The notes below the pieces were generated by a model that saw only the letters and a list, made by a program, of their open reading frames with translations, was not told where the DNA came from and did no database searches. From NCBI GenBank assembly GCA_963720545.1, contig OY970399.1, forward strand, positions 736,001-800,000: a stretch of 64,000 nucleotides of DNA. Reading direction: 5' to 3'. Positions 29,678-39,539 of this stretch are shown here, in pieces; the first letter of the stretch is position 1; every line of letters begins with the position of its first letter. Origin of the DNA: an uncultured Acidobacteriota bacterium. GTDB taxonomy: Bacteria > Acidobacteriota > Vicinamibacteria > Fen-336. The position numbers and the translations under genes were made by a program.

Positions 29678-31182
29678 CGCTCGCTCCGCTCGACGGCGCG
29701 ATCGTGGGCTTGTACCTGGTCGCAACCATGGCCGCCGGCCTCATGGTGCGGCGCCGCGTCGGCAAGGTGGAAGACTTCCTCGTTGCCGGCAGGGAGATGG
29801 ACGTCTACCTCGGCGTGGCGTCGCTGGCAGCCACCGAGTTCGGCATCGTCACCTGCATGTACACCGCGCAGGCTGGCTATCTTCACGGGTTCGCAGGCGC
29901 CACTCCCGGCATACTCAACGCGCTCGCGATGGCGGTCGTCGGCATCACTGGATTCGGCATCAAGCCGCTGCGCGAGGCGGCGGTGATGACCTTGCCGGAA
30001 CTGTTCCAGCGGCGCTTCGGGGCGCGCGTACGCTTCATCTCCGGCGTCGTCATCGTGCTGGGCGGGCTGCTCAACATGGGCGTCTTCCTGCGCACCGGCG
30101 GCGAGTTCCTCCTGCAGGTTGCCGGCCTGCCGCTTGGCGCCGCGGCCGGCAGCGGCTTCGCCGCGACGCACCGCATCGAGATCATCATGACCGTGCTGCT
30201 GCTGCTGGTCGCGACCTACACCATCCTCGGCGGCATGCTGTCGGTGCTCATCACCGACTTCCTGCAGTTCGTGGTGATGAGCGTCGGCCTGATCGCGGTC
30301 ACGGTGCTGATCCTGGCGCGGGTCGGCTGGACGGCTCTTGTTTCTGCCGTCGAGCGCAACTACGGCGCCGCCGGCTTCAACCCGTTCGCAAACCCGGAGA
30401 TGGGCGTGCCGTACGTGCTGTTCAACGCGTGCCTGCAGCTCGCTGTGGTCCTCACCTGGCAGGCGGTGATCGCGCGGGTGTTGGCGGCAAAGGACGCGCG
30501 CACCGGCCAGCTCGTCTACACGCGCACCGCGTTCTTCTTCGTGGCACGCTTCCTGGTGCCCGGCATCTGGGGCATTGCGGCGCTCGCGGCATTTGGCCCG
30601 TCGTTCGCCGGCGGCAGCCTCGCGGCGATGCCCGCGTGGCTCGCCACCTTCGTGCCAGTCGGGCTGATGGGCATCCTGATCGCGGCGATGCTGGCCGCCG
30701 ACATGTCCACCGACTCGAGCTACATGCTGAGCTGGGCCGGCGTCATCTACAACGACATCCTGGCGCCGTGGCGCAAGGGCTTTACCGAAGCGCGCGGCCT
30801 TCTGTGGAACCGCATGATCGTGGCGGCCATCGGCGTGTTTCTGCTCTTCTACGGACTCTGGTATCCGCTGAAGAGCGACCTGTGGACGTACATGGGCGTC
30901 ACCGGCACGATCTACCTCTCGGCGATGTCGACGCTGCTCGTCGCCTGCTGCTACTGGAAGCGGGCCAACGACTGGGGCGCCATCGGCGCGCTCTTTGTGG
31001 GCGCCATGATCCCGGTGGCCTACCTCGTCTTCGAACAGCTGCCGGCGACGTCGGAGGTCACCCGCCGCACTGTCGGCCCGTACTGGTCGGGCATCGCAGC
31101 CTACGCGGGAGCCGCGCTCGCGATGATCGCCGGCTCGCTCCTCAAGCCCGCGGCCGGCACGCCGGCAGGAACGGCATCGTGA
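29674..31182 (+). CDS. sodium:solute symporter (SSS family)
   Basis: DFLVAGR, SLAATE, LGGM.SV.ITDFLQ, LAADMST; many TM helices. Confidence 0.9.
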   Translation: MTLAPLDGAIVGLYLVATMAAGLMVRRRVGKVEDFLVAGREMDVYLGVASLAATEFGIVTCMYTAQAGYLHGFAGATPGILNALAMAVVGITGFGIKPLREAAVMTLPELFQRRFGARVRFISGVVIVLGGLLNMGVFLRTGGEFLLQVAGLPLGAAAGSGFAATHRIEIIMTVLLLLVATYTILGGMLSVLITDFLQFVVMSVGLIAVTVLILARVGWTALVSAVERNYGAAGFNPFANPEMGVPYVLFNACLQLAVVLTWQAVIARVLAAKDARTGQLVYTRTAFFFVARFLVPGIWGIAALAAFGPSFAGGSLAAMPAWLATFVPVGLMGILIAAMLAADMSTDSSYMLSWAGVIYNDILAPWRKGFTEARGLLWNRMIVAAIGVFLLFYGLWYPLKSDLWTYMGVTGTIYLSAMSTLLVACCYWKRANDWGAIGALFVGAMIPVAYLVFEQLPATSEVTRRTVGPYWSGIAAYAGAALAMIAGSLLKPAAGTPAGTAS

Positions 31183-31310
31183 AGCTCTTCTGGCTGTTCC
31201 TCACGATCGCATGCTTCGCCTGGTATTCCACGGTCACCGTGTACATCGCGTTGCGCGGCGGCCGCGAGGTCCGCGAGATGTTGAAGCGGTTCAAGAACCC
31301 GCGGCGCTGA
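31179..31310 (+). CDS. 43-aa single-TM protein (symporter-associated)
   Basis: MKLFWLFLTIACFAWYSTVTVYIALRGGREVREMLKRFKNPRR; GTGA overlap with the SSS stop. Confidence 0.7.
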   Translation: MKLFWLFLTIACFAWYSTVTVYIALRGGREVREMLKRFKNPRR

Positions 31311-34302
31311 CGATGAGCAGCAGGCCCTTGCCCGGCTCGAGACGCAGCGGCGCGTCTGCCGCGAACGTCTGCGCGTCCTGGAACTTCTCGATCGCCGGCG
31401 CCGCGATGACGACGCGTGCCTGCGCCGGGTCGAGGCCGAGCGCGCGCCAGTCGATCGCGAGGCGCACATCCACCGGCTCCTTGGCCCAGCTGGCCACCGC
31501 AATCACCGAGCGCTTCGGCCCGATGTAAGTGGTCGCGAGCACGTCGCCGCGGCCGGTGCGCACCGGCGGCGCCGCGGACCAGTAGCCCACCATCCTCGTG
31601 TCCGCCATCGGCACGCTGTCCCAGAACTTCCACAGCGGCCGCGGATCGCCGGCCCACGGCAGCCGGCTCGTCATGCCGTAGAGCATGCCGCGCCACGGGT
31701 TGCCGCCCTTCTCCAGCATCTCGCCCATCAGGCCGAAGGGGATGCCGGAGATCTCGGTGAGCCAGTAGTCAGGCTCGGAGTCGTAGTCGAAGTACTCGCC
31801 GAACCAGAGCCGGTCGAGATACGGGAAGTGCTCGAGGTAGAGGTTGGCGCTGCTCGCCCAGCCGTCGCGCGGGTTGAACTGGTTCGCCGAGTGCAGGTCG
31901 ATGAGCGCGCCGCGCCTGCCGGCATCGAGCACCTTGCGCACCCGCTTCATGGTGGTGCGGTCGAACGCGAGGTCGTCGATGTAGAGGCCGTCGATGCCGA
32001 CGTTCTTCACCAGCCATGCGAGGCCCTCGACATAGAAGTTGTGCCAGCGCGAGACGCCGCTCGTCACGAGCGCCGCGTCCTGCAGCTCCGGGACGTACCA
32101 GCCGGCGATGTAGTCCTGCTCGAGATGTTCGCGCAGCCACGGCGGGCCTCCGCCCGGTCCTGGCGCCAGCACCTCGTGCCCGAGGCTCAGGAGTGTGAAG
32201 AGTTCCGGCGCGCGGTTCGTCAGCTCGCGCACCGTGTAATAGATCTTTACCTTCATGCCGCGGCGATGCGCGTCGTCCACGTACGCCTTCATCTGCGCGG
32301 GACGGAAGAAGGGATAGTTGATGTAAGGGTTGATGTCGGTCGCGTGGTGGACGTTCACCACGTTGGCACCGGCTGCCGCGATCTCGTCGAGCGGCTTGTA
32401 GGCGTGGTAGTAACGGCTCGCCCACTGCGCCTTCGGGTCGATGGCGCGGAACGGCGTCAGCAGCAGCCGCAAGCCGAAGTGCAGTGTTTCGCCCGCCGCC
32501 ATGCGCCGCGGGCCGCCCGAGCAGGTGATGAGATACGTGGCGGCATCTTTCCGCGCCTCGAACCGGCAACTGCCTTTGCCGTCGTTCCACCAGCTGCGCG
32601 GCATCACCAGCGGCTTCTGCCCGTAGAAGTTGGTGTTCAGCGGCCGCACATAGTGCTCGTCCTTCAGCGTGAACTGCAGGCCCGCGTTGACGTCGCCGAC
32701 CCACGCCGAGTCCTGGTTGTTCTCGACCTTCCAGTTCCAGGTGAACGAATCGGGGCGCGCCCCACCCTTGCGGCCCATGCCGAGGAAGAAGCGGGCGACG
32801 TCGGCACGCAGCGGAATCGTGAGGCGCGCATCGGAGACGTCGGTTGCGGCGCGCGCGCTGAGCGCGAAGTCGTATTCCATGCAGCCATCCGACTCGAGGC
32901 TGCCCGTGGTCACGAGCTCGAGGCCGCCGCCCAGTGCCGCCTGCCGCCAGGCGCGCCTGCCGGGCGCCTGCACCGTGAGCGTGCGCGGCGCGGCCCGCAG
33001 CGCCACGTCTTTTCCCAGCACCTGCGCCGTGAAGCCGATCGGCGCCGCCAGCAGTTCGCGCGGCACCGCGCCGATGCCGGTCATCTCGGAGGTGAAGAAG
33101 CTGCGCAGGCTCCGCGGCAGCGACAGTGCGCCGAGCGCCACGTCGCGGCCGAGGATCGCGAGGCGGCCATCGGCGCGGGCGCGCACCGGTAGGTACGGCG
33201 CCACCACGGTGTCGTCCTGCGCCAGGCGCGAGTCGAGCCAGCGCAGCCGCGACAGCCGCTCCGGTTCGTCATCTCCGCGTGCGACTGCGGCCGCGCCGCC
33301 AACGGTGATTTCAATCGGCAGGCTGCCGTCGCCGAGGCCCGCTGCGAAGAAGTCGATGCGTCCTTTGTACGTGCCCGGGGCGACCGTGGCGGGAATGTCG
33401 ATGCCGAACCACAGGGACCGTACCTTGCCGGCCTTCACCGAGACGGCGGTTGCGAAGTCCTTGCCGTCGGAGTCGATGCCGCCGGTGTTGAAACAGCGAA
33501 TCGCCCGCGCCGCGATCACGGCACCACCGCTTGCCAGCAGGTCGGAGGGCCGGACCTGCAGCTGCGGCGTGTCGACGACGCCAAGCACGCCGACCTGGAA
33601 CGAGTAGAACTCGCCGCGCTCCGCATTGCCGTGAAACTGCGCGAACGCGCGGCCCTCGGCGAACGCCTGCGGCAGGTCGCCGCGCATGCGGATCGGCCGC
33701 GAGCGGTCTTCGCCGAACAGCAGGAACGAAGCACCCGGATGCTGGCGCACCAGCGCGCGCGTCTCCGCGGCGGTGGCAATCCGGTTCATCGGGTCCAGGC
33801 GATCGAAATCGTCTATCGATTCGAACGCGGTGACGCTCGCTTCGGGGAGCGCAGGATCGGCCGCCCACGTGGTGTCGGCGGCGGCGACCGGCTCGAGGTA
33901 GCGGGTCTGCGGATAGTTCTCGCGGCCCTCGAGGGCGAACGGCATGTAGTAGACCGCGTAGTCGCCGGCGCCGGCCTCGGGAACGAATGCAAGGACGCCG
34001 GTTTCGCGATCGATGCGCAGCCTGGCGACTTTCGCGACACGCTGGCCAGTGGCGAGTGCCACGACTATTGTGTCGACCTTCTGCGGCTCCGGATCGCGCC
34101 GGCGCCAGGGAATCGTGACGCGCACCGCAGGCGCTGCAACAGAGACGTGCACCAGAGCGCGGTGATTGCCGAGCGTCGCCGCGTCCCACCGGCCGGTCCC
34201 GAACCGCACCGAACCCAATCCCGCCGGGGCGGCCGCAGAACCAAAGACCGTCGGGGTCAGGAAGAGGAGAAGGGCGAGGCTAGTCCGGCGCGCCGAAGGC
34301 AT
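31291..34302 (-). CDS. secreted glycoside hydrolase-like protein (DUF6067-like)
   Basis: Signal peptide, ~1000 aa, INPYINYPF, KIYYTVREL, IDGLYIDD, IDLHSAN, LWFGEYFDY. Confidence 0.75.
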   Translation of the reverse strand: MPSARRTSLALLLFLTPTVFGSAAAPAGLGSVRFGTGRWDAATLGNHRALVHVSVAAPAVRVTIPWRRRDPEPQKVDTIVVALATGQRVAKVARLRIDRETGVLAFVPEAGAGDYAVYYMPFALEGRENYPQTRYLEPVAAADTTWAADPALPEASVTAFESIDDFDRLDPMNRIATAAETRALVRQHPGASFLLFGEDRSRPIRMRGDLPQAFAEGRAFAQFHGNAERGEFYSFQVGVLGVVDTPQLQVRPSDLLASGGAVIAARAIRCFNTGGIDSDGKDFATAVSVKAGKVRSLWFGIDIPATVAPGTYKGRIDFFAAGLGDGSLPIEITVGGAAAVARGDDEPERLSRLRWLDSRLAQDDTVVAPYLPVRARADGRLAILGRDVALGALSLPRSLRSFFTSEMTGIGAVPRELLAAPIGFTAQVLGKDVALRAAPRTLTVQAPGRRAWRQAALGGGLELVTTGSLESDGCMEYDFALSARAATDVSDARLTIPLRADVARFFLGMGRKGGARPDSFTWNWKVENNQDSAWVGDVNAGLQFTLKDEHYVRPLNTNFYGQKPLVMPRSWWNDGKGSCRFEARKDAATYLITCSGGPRRMAAGETLHFGLRLLLTPFRAIDPKAQWASRYYHAYKPLDEIAAAGANVVNVHHATDINPYINYPFFRPAQMKAYVDDAHRRGMKVKIYYTVRELTNRAPELFTLLSLGHEVLAPGPGGGPPWLREHLEQDYIAGWYVPELQDAALVTSGVSRWHNFYVEGLAWLVKNVGIDGLYIDDLAFDRTTMKRVRKVLDAGRRGALIDLHSANQFNPRDGWASSANLYLEHFPYLDRLWFGEYFDYDSEPDYWLTEISGIPFGLMGEMLEKGGNPWRGMLYGMTSRLPWAGDPRPLWKFWDSVPMADTRMVGYWSAAPPVRTGRGDVLATTYIGPKRSVIAVASWAKEPVDVRLAIDWRALGLDPAQARVVIAAPAIEKFQDAQTFAADAPLRLEPGKGLLLIVSAAGS

Positions 34303-35752
34303 GCTGGGCGGTGAGCTTCATCGAGACCGGCATCCCGTTCAAGCGCGCCGGGGTGAACTTCCACTTGCCGACGGCTTCGACCACCGCGCTGTCGAGGAGC
34401 GGCCCGGCCGACACCACCACGCGCGCATCCCGCGCGTCGCCGCTCTCGCTCACCCAGAATTCCACGGTCACGGCGCCGCTGACGCCGCGGCTACGGGCAT
34501 CCTCAGGATGCACGGGCGTCTCGCCGGAGATGCGCACCGGTGGAATCACGCCGGGTCCGAACGGCACCAGCTTGCCGGGCCAGGTGGCCGGCGACTGGTC
34601 GGGCGGCAGCGTCGCCATCACCATGCGCACCGGATGCTGGTTCGACAGCTCGGTCTGGATGGTGAGCGGCTGGTGGCCCTTCGCCTGGAAGCGCACCGCG
34701 TGGCCGCCAAGCCGCGTGTCGAGCTTGGCGATCGGCGTCTGGCCGACCTCGTAGCCGTCCACGAACACTGCCGCGCCCGGCGGTTCGCTGTCGAGGATCA
34801 GCACGCCCTCGCGGCGCGCCTCGGCGTCGTGCGAGGAGAAGGTGTGCGGACTGACCAGGAGCGTCCCGCCCTCCGGGGGCGCCGCCTCGCTGGGAGCCGC
34901 GGTTCCGGGCGTCGCGGCCACCAGGTCGAGCACCGGATCGAGGGCCGCGAGCAGGTCGCGCGCGAACTCCGCCGCGGTCGGGTACCGCTTGGCCGGGTTC
35001 GCGGTGAGGCCGCGCTCGAACACGCGGTTGATCGCCTCCGGCAGGCGCGCGTCGCGCGTCCGCGGCGGTTGGAACTTCTCCTGGACGGCGAGCGAAACCA
35101 CCTCGGTGATGGTCTTGCCGGGGAAGGGCGCGCCGCCGGTGAGCATCTCGTAAGCGACCGCCGCGAGCGAATAGACGTCGGCGCGGCCGTCGACGGTGCC
35201 GCCGGTCATCTGCTCGGGCGCCATGTACTGGATCGAACCCATCACGGTGCCGATCACGGTGAGCTTCGAGTCGTCGAGCCGCGCGACGCCGAAATCCATC
35301 ACCTTCACGACGCCATCGTTCGTCAGCATGATGTTCGCCGGCTTCACGTCGCGGTGGATGATGCCGTTCTGGTGCGCGAAGTCGAGGGCGCCCGCGGCGC
35401 CGAGCACCACGGTGGCGATGCGCCGCAGGCTCATGGGTGCGCCGCGCCGCAACGTGGAAGCGAGGGTCTCGCCCTCGAGGTACTCCATGACGAGGAAGTT
35501 CGGGCCGACGTCGAACACCTGCACGATGTTCGCGTGGCTCATGCGGCCGGCGGCCTCGGCTTCGCGGCGGAAGCGCACCTCGAACTCGGCCGGCGCCGAC
35601 TCGAACTCCATCGGCACCTTCAGCACCTTGATCGCGACCGGCCGCCCGAGACGGCTGTCCATCGCGAGGAACACCTCGCCCATCGCGCCGGTGCCCAGCT
35701 CGCCAAGGACCTGGTACCGGCCAAAAGCCGACGGCAGCGACTTCGAAGCCAT
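34280..35752 (-). CDS. Ser/Thr protein kinase-PEGA-TonB C-terminal domain fusion
   Basis: GTGAMG, VAIK, HRDVKPAN, DFG, YMAPE; PEGA (DSEPPGAAVFVDG); TonB_C (P.HPEDAR..GVSGAVTV, LDSAVVEAVGKWKFTP). Confidence 0.88.
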   Translation of the reverse strand: MASKSLPSAFGRYQVLGELGTGAMGEVFLAMDSRLGRPVAIKVLKVPMEFESAPAEFEVRFRREAEAAGRMSHANIVQVFDVGPNFLVMEYLEGETLASTLRRGAPMSLRRIATVVLGAAGALDFAHQNGIIHRDVKPANIMLTNDGVVKVMDFGVARLDDSKLTVIGTVMGSIQYMAPEQMTGGTVDGRADVYSLAAVAYEMLTGGAPFPGKTITEVVSLAVQEKFQPPRTRDARLPEAINRVFERGLTANPAKRYPTAAEFARDLLAALDPVLDLVAATPGTAAPSEAAPPEGGTLLVSPHTFSSHDAEARREGVLILDSEPPGAAVFVDGYEVGQTPIAKLDTRLGGHAVRFQAKGHQPLTIQTELSNQHPVRMVMATLPPDQSPATWPGKLVPFGPGVIPPVRISGETPVHPEDARSRGVSGAVTVEFWVSESGDARDARVVVSAGPLLDSAVVEAVGKWKFTPARLNGMPVSMKLTAQHAFGAPD

Positions 35753-35782
35753 GGGGAGTTGATGGGAGGCTAACATTTTCAT

Positions 35783-36433
35783 ATGTGCGGCCGAGTCACC
35801 CTCTCCACCCCCGCGGACATCATTGCGGCCCTCTACGACATCGAGCTCGGCGAGATGCCGGAGGCCTTGCCGCGCTACAACATCGCCCCGACGCAGCCGC
35901 TGATCACTGTGCGCAACGACGGTGACGGAAATCGTGCCTCGACTTACACATGGGGCTTCCTGGCGAACAAGAAACTGACCATCAACGCCCGCCAGGAGAC
36001 GGTGGCGCGCCTGCCCCTCTTCCGCGACGCGTTCGCCCGGCGCCGCTGCGTGGTGCCGGCCGACGGCTTCTACGAGTGGCAGACGCTCGGCAAGCGCAAG
36101 CAGCCGTTTCACTTTCACAAGCGGGACGGGTCGCTCTTTTCGATTGCTGCGCTCTGGACCCCGGCGGCCGATCCGCGCGAGACGCCGCGCGTCGTGCTCC
36201 TGACGACCGCCGCGCGCGGCGAGATCGCTTCGATCCACGACCGCATGCCGGTGATCGTGCCGCGCATGAACCTCGCGGAATGGCTGTCGCCGGACAGCCG
36301 CCACACGCAGCTTTTCTCGCTGCTGCACGGCAGCGACGCAGAGGTATTCGGCACTTCGGTGAATCCGGCGGTCAACAACGCCGCCTACGATTCGCCCGAC
36401 TGCCTGAAGCCCGCGCCGACCTTCCTTATCTGA
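35783..36433 (+). CDS. SOS response-associated peptidase (SRAP/YedK/HMCES family)
   Basis: N-terminal MCGR, RYNIAPTQ, INAR.ET, RRC..PADGFYEW, HDRMPV. Confidence 0.93.
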   Translation: MCGRVTLSTPADIIAALYDIELGEMPEALPRYNIAPTQPLITVRNDGDGNRASTYTWGFLANKKLTINARQETVARLPLFRDAFARRRCVVPADGFYEWQTLGKRKQPFHFHKRDGSLFSIAALWTPAADPRETPRVVLLTTAARGEIASIHDRMPVIVPRMNLAEWLSPDSRHTQLFSLLHGSDAEVFGTSVNPAVNNAAYDSPDCLKPAPTFLI

Positions 36434-36458
36434 TGGACTGCTAGAGTCCGCCACGAAC

Positions 36459-37475
36459 ATGGCCAAGCCGACACGCCGCCGCCGCCACAAGACGCCGCCC
36501 ATCCTCTTCGAGAAAACGCAGGCGCTGCAGCGGCGCATCGAAAAGCACACCGGCGGCACGTTCCTCACCTACTGGATGTCGCCCAGCGGATCGGTGTGCG
36601 ACAACGACGTGATGGCGATGAGCGAGCTGCTGAACACGATCGGCGGCAGCCGCCCGATCACCTTGTTCGTCAAGTCGGATGGCGGCAGCGGCATGGCCGC
36701 GCTGCGCCTCGTGCACCTGCTGCGCACCCATGCGCGCCGCGTGACGATGGTGGCGCCGCTCAACTGCGCCTCGGCCGCCACCATGCTGGCGCTCGGCGCC
36801 GACGAGATCGTGATGGGTCCGCTTTCGTACCTCTCCGCGGTAGACACCTCGCTGGAACACGAGCTGGGCCCGGTGGACCACACCAACACCCTGGTGCCGG
36901 TGAGCAATGACGAAGTGGAGCGCGTGATCCGCCTGTGGGGCGAAGCCGACGGCCGCCGCGGCGGCGGCGTGAACCCGTACCAGGAGCTCTACAAGTACCT
37001 GCACCCGCTGGTGGTGGGCGCCCTCGACCGCGCCAGCAGCCTGTCGCTGCGCCTGTGCCGCGAGATCCTCGGCTACCACATGAAGGACCGGCGCCGCGCC
37101 GAGAAGATCGCGCGGCAGCTGAACTCGACCTACCCGGCGCACCAGTACCCGATCACGCGCCGCGAGGCGCGCGCCCTCGGGCTGCGGGTGCGCGACCTCG
37201 ACCACACCCTCGACACGCTGCTGCACGAGCTGAACGCGGCGTATTCGGAGATGGGCCAGCGCGCCATCACCGACTACGACGAGGAACATCACCACGACAA
37301 CGAGATCACCAACATCGTCGAGGGCCGTGGCCTGCAGATCCTCTACCAGGTCGAAAAGGACTGGCACTACCGCAAGGAGGAGCGCCGATGGGTCTCGATC
37401 AACGACGTCTCGAGCTGGTACAAGTGCCAGCTCCGCGGCCGCCGCGTGGTGAAGACCAAGTTCCACATCCGCTAG
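36459..37475 (+). CDS. ClpP-fold serine protease (SDH/S49-like)
   Basis: KSDGG, CASAATMLALGADEIVMG, HQYPIT..EA..LGL. Confidence 0.75.
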   Translation: MAKPTRRRRHKTPPILFEKTQALQRRIEKHTGGTFLTYWMSPSGSVCDNDVMAMSELLNTIGGSRPITLFVKSDGGSGMAALRLVHLLRTHARRVTMVAPLNCASAATMLALGADEIVMGPLSYLSAVDTSLEHELGPVDHTNTLVPVSNDEVERVIRLWGEADGRRGGGVNPYQELYKYLHPLVVGALDRASSLSLRLCREILGYHMKDRRRAEKIARQLNSTYPAHQYPITRREARALGLRVRDLDHTLDTLLHELNAAYSEMGQRAITDYDEEHHHDNEITNIVEGRGLQILYQVEKDWHYRKEERRWVSINDVSSWYKCQLRGRRVVKTKFHIR

Positions 37476-37478
37476 GCG

Positions 37479-37700
37479 TCACGCGGTAGTGGTCGCCGTG
37501 AACCCCTTCCGCTCCGCGCGGTGGTAGGCGGTGTAGGCAGCGATCAGGTGGCAGATCCAGCCGAGCGTGCCGCCGCTCCCGATCCAGAAGCCGGGCGTGA
37601 TGATGAGCCAGAAGATTCCCCGCAGGAAGTCTCCGTTGTAGATTTGGCCCACTCCAGGAACGATGAGGCTCAGGACAGCCGCATTCCCCGCCTTGGTCAT
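37479..37700 (-). CDS. small membrane protein (TM2/DUF5683-like)
   Basis: AAVLSLIVPGVGQIYNG motif; SD AGGTGGAG. Confidence 0.75.
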   Translation of the reverse strand: MTKAGNAAVLSLIVPGVGQIYNGDFLRGIFWLIITPGFWIGSGGTLGWICHLIAAYTAYHRAERKGFTATTTA

Positions 37701-37739
37701 CTCCGCTCCACCTTTCACGAGAGGCACACGTTGCCTTCG

Positions 37740-39420
37740 ATGAAAACAACGAAACCGGTCTCGCGGTTGTTCCATCTCACCGCGGCCTCGTTGCTCTTCG
37801 CCGGCGGCACCCCTTTCGCTCGCGCCGCCGATCCGGATCCGCTGAAGCTGTCCCTCTCCCCCGGCAGCGTGGCACTCCTCATTGAGCGCTCCGCGGAACC
37901 TGCCGTGCAGGAGCGCTGGCGGCAGGGCTGAAGACGCGGAGCCCGAAGTGCGGGCCGCGGCGTTGCGCGTCACGGTGACCACGGCGGCGATGGCGCCGAC
38001 GCCCTGCGGCTGCCAGCGGTGAGCGCGGCATTCGCCGCGGAAACCGATACAGATGTCGCGCTATGAAGAGGCGACGAAGTTTCTGAATAGGATCGCGCGA
38101 CCGCCGGGCGATGACGATGCGCGACCGCATTCACCGGTAAGACCAGCGGCGCGCGGCGCGAGGCGCTTCTGTGGGCGCACGTATCGATCGCCGTCCGCGC
38201 CGAGTCGGCATCCAGTTCCGGGTTCCGGGCTGACGCTGACCCCCAAGGAATTCGGAGCTATGCGGTCGCGGCAATTGCACAGGATCCCGAGCTGATGGAC
38301 CCATGGCTCGGGCCGGCGGTCCTGCGCGACGGTCCAGCAACTGTGGTTACAGATCTCAGGTGGGGCGACACCCGGCGCCTGGCCGCGGCGGGGATGCAGC
38401 GAGCGGCGACCCAGTGCAGACGATACGGGCTGGCAACGATTTTCTATCGTCGCCGGCATGCGGCCGGCGACATGCTGGCCGTGATATCCTGGACGGATGC
38501 GTTGCCGCCGACCGATCCAGTGGAGCCTCTCGCCGCGAATTATGCGGCGCTGCCTCTTGAAGCAGGCTCCGCAGGACATTGCAGACGTCCTGTCGCGGAT
38601 GCGCCGCAAGCCGCGCTGCCGGACTTGTTGACTCGCATGGTTGGGCCCGGATCGTGTCGCTGGCGAGCCTTGACGGGATTCGGAGCAACGGCGCTGGCAG
38701 CTGTCCTCGGCGTCGATGAGGTAGCGCTCAGAAGGCGGGCAAGGACCGGCGCCGAAGCGGATGTGGATTCCCGAGGAGTCCGCCGGCCTAAGATCCAAGA
38801 AGCAAGTCGTAAGGCCGGCATCCGCACCGTCGGGCCGTTTCCCGATCGCTTCGTCGCGCGATGTACTGGCAGTTACAGGTTGCAAGGTCAATGACGGCAT
38901 AGCTTTGCAAGGCGCGCTATCGAGGGGCCTGGGCGCGGTCGCGGCGCTGGAGTACGAGTTCCGCGGGGTCTCGGTTCGCAGTGTGAACAAGCGGCGCGTG
39001 TTCTGTTGAAGGCCGACCTGCCGCGGGGCACGAACCGGCGAGATCGTGGTGTTGACCGCGCGGCGGGAATTCCTGTCCTGCCTCTCGGATGCCCGTATCG
39101 CGATGCCGATCGCGCCGACGAATGACGACAACGTGTCATTCAGTCTTGATGGGCCACATGTCGGCCGCCAGATCGGCAGGAACAGCGAAGTCGTGCACAA
39201 GCGTCGAACCGGTATACCCGGAGCCGCACGTCAAACAGGAACCAAGGAGTCGTTATTCTCGGCGCCGACGCGTTGCCACCGGGTGCATCGTCCCTGGAGA
39301 ACGTGCGCGCATCGGCGCCGCCCGACTCAACACCGCCGCATTCTGCGCGGTCAGCCAGTGGACCTATCACAGTCATGCCAACTGTGGCTGTGCCGACGGA
39401 GCGCCGCGGTTACCTGCTCA
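37740..39420 (+). pseudogene. decayed secreted HEAT-like/TonB C-terminal domain gene
   Basis: Signal peptide at 37740, shifted EPEVRAAALR, then TonB_C fragments VEPVYP, AARQTG, QGVVIL and LNTAAFCAVSQWTY spread over three frames. Confidence 0.6.
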
Positions 39421-39539
39421 GGCCCATTGACCCCCAAGACGATCGCTGAATGGCGACGAATTCAAGCTCCAATAAATCCGAACCTTCGGGCGGCCCAAGG
39501 CGTTCCAGCTGGCAAGAACGCATTCGTCCGGGAGGGGCC

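Noticed and set aside
35753..36568. Extended N-terminus of the kinase-TonB ORF (762 aa)
   Set aside because: It is antisense to the well-supported SRAP gene.
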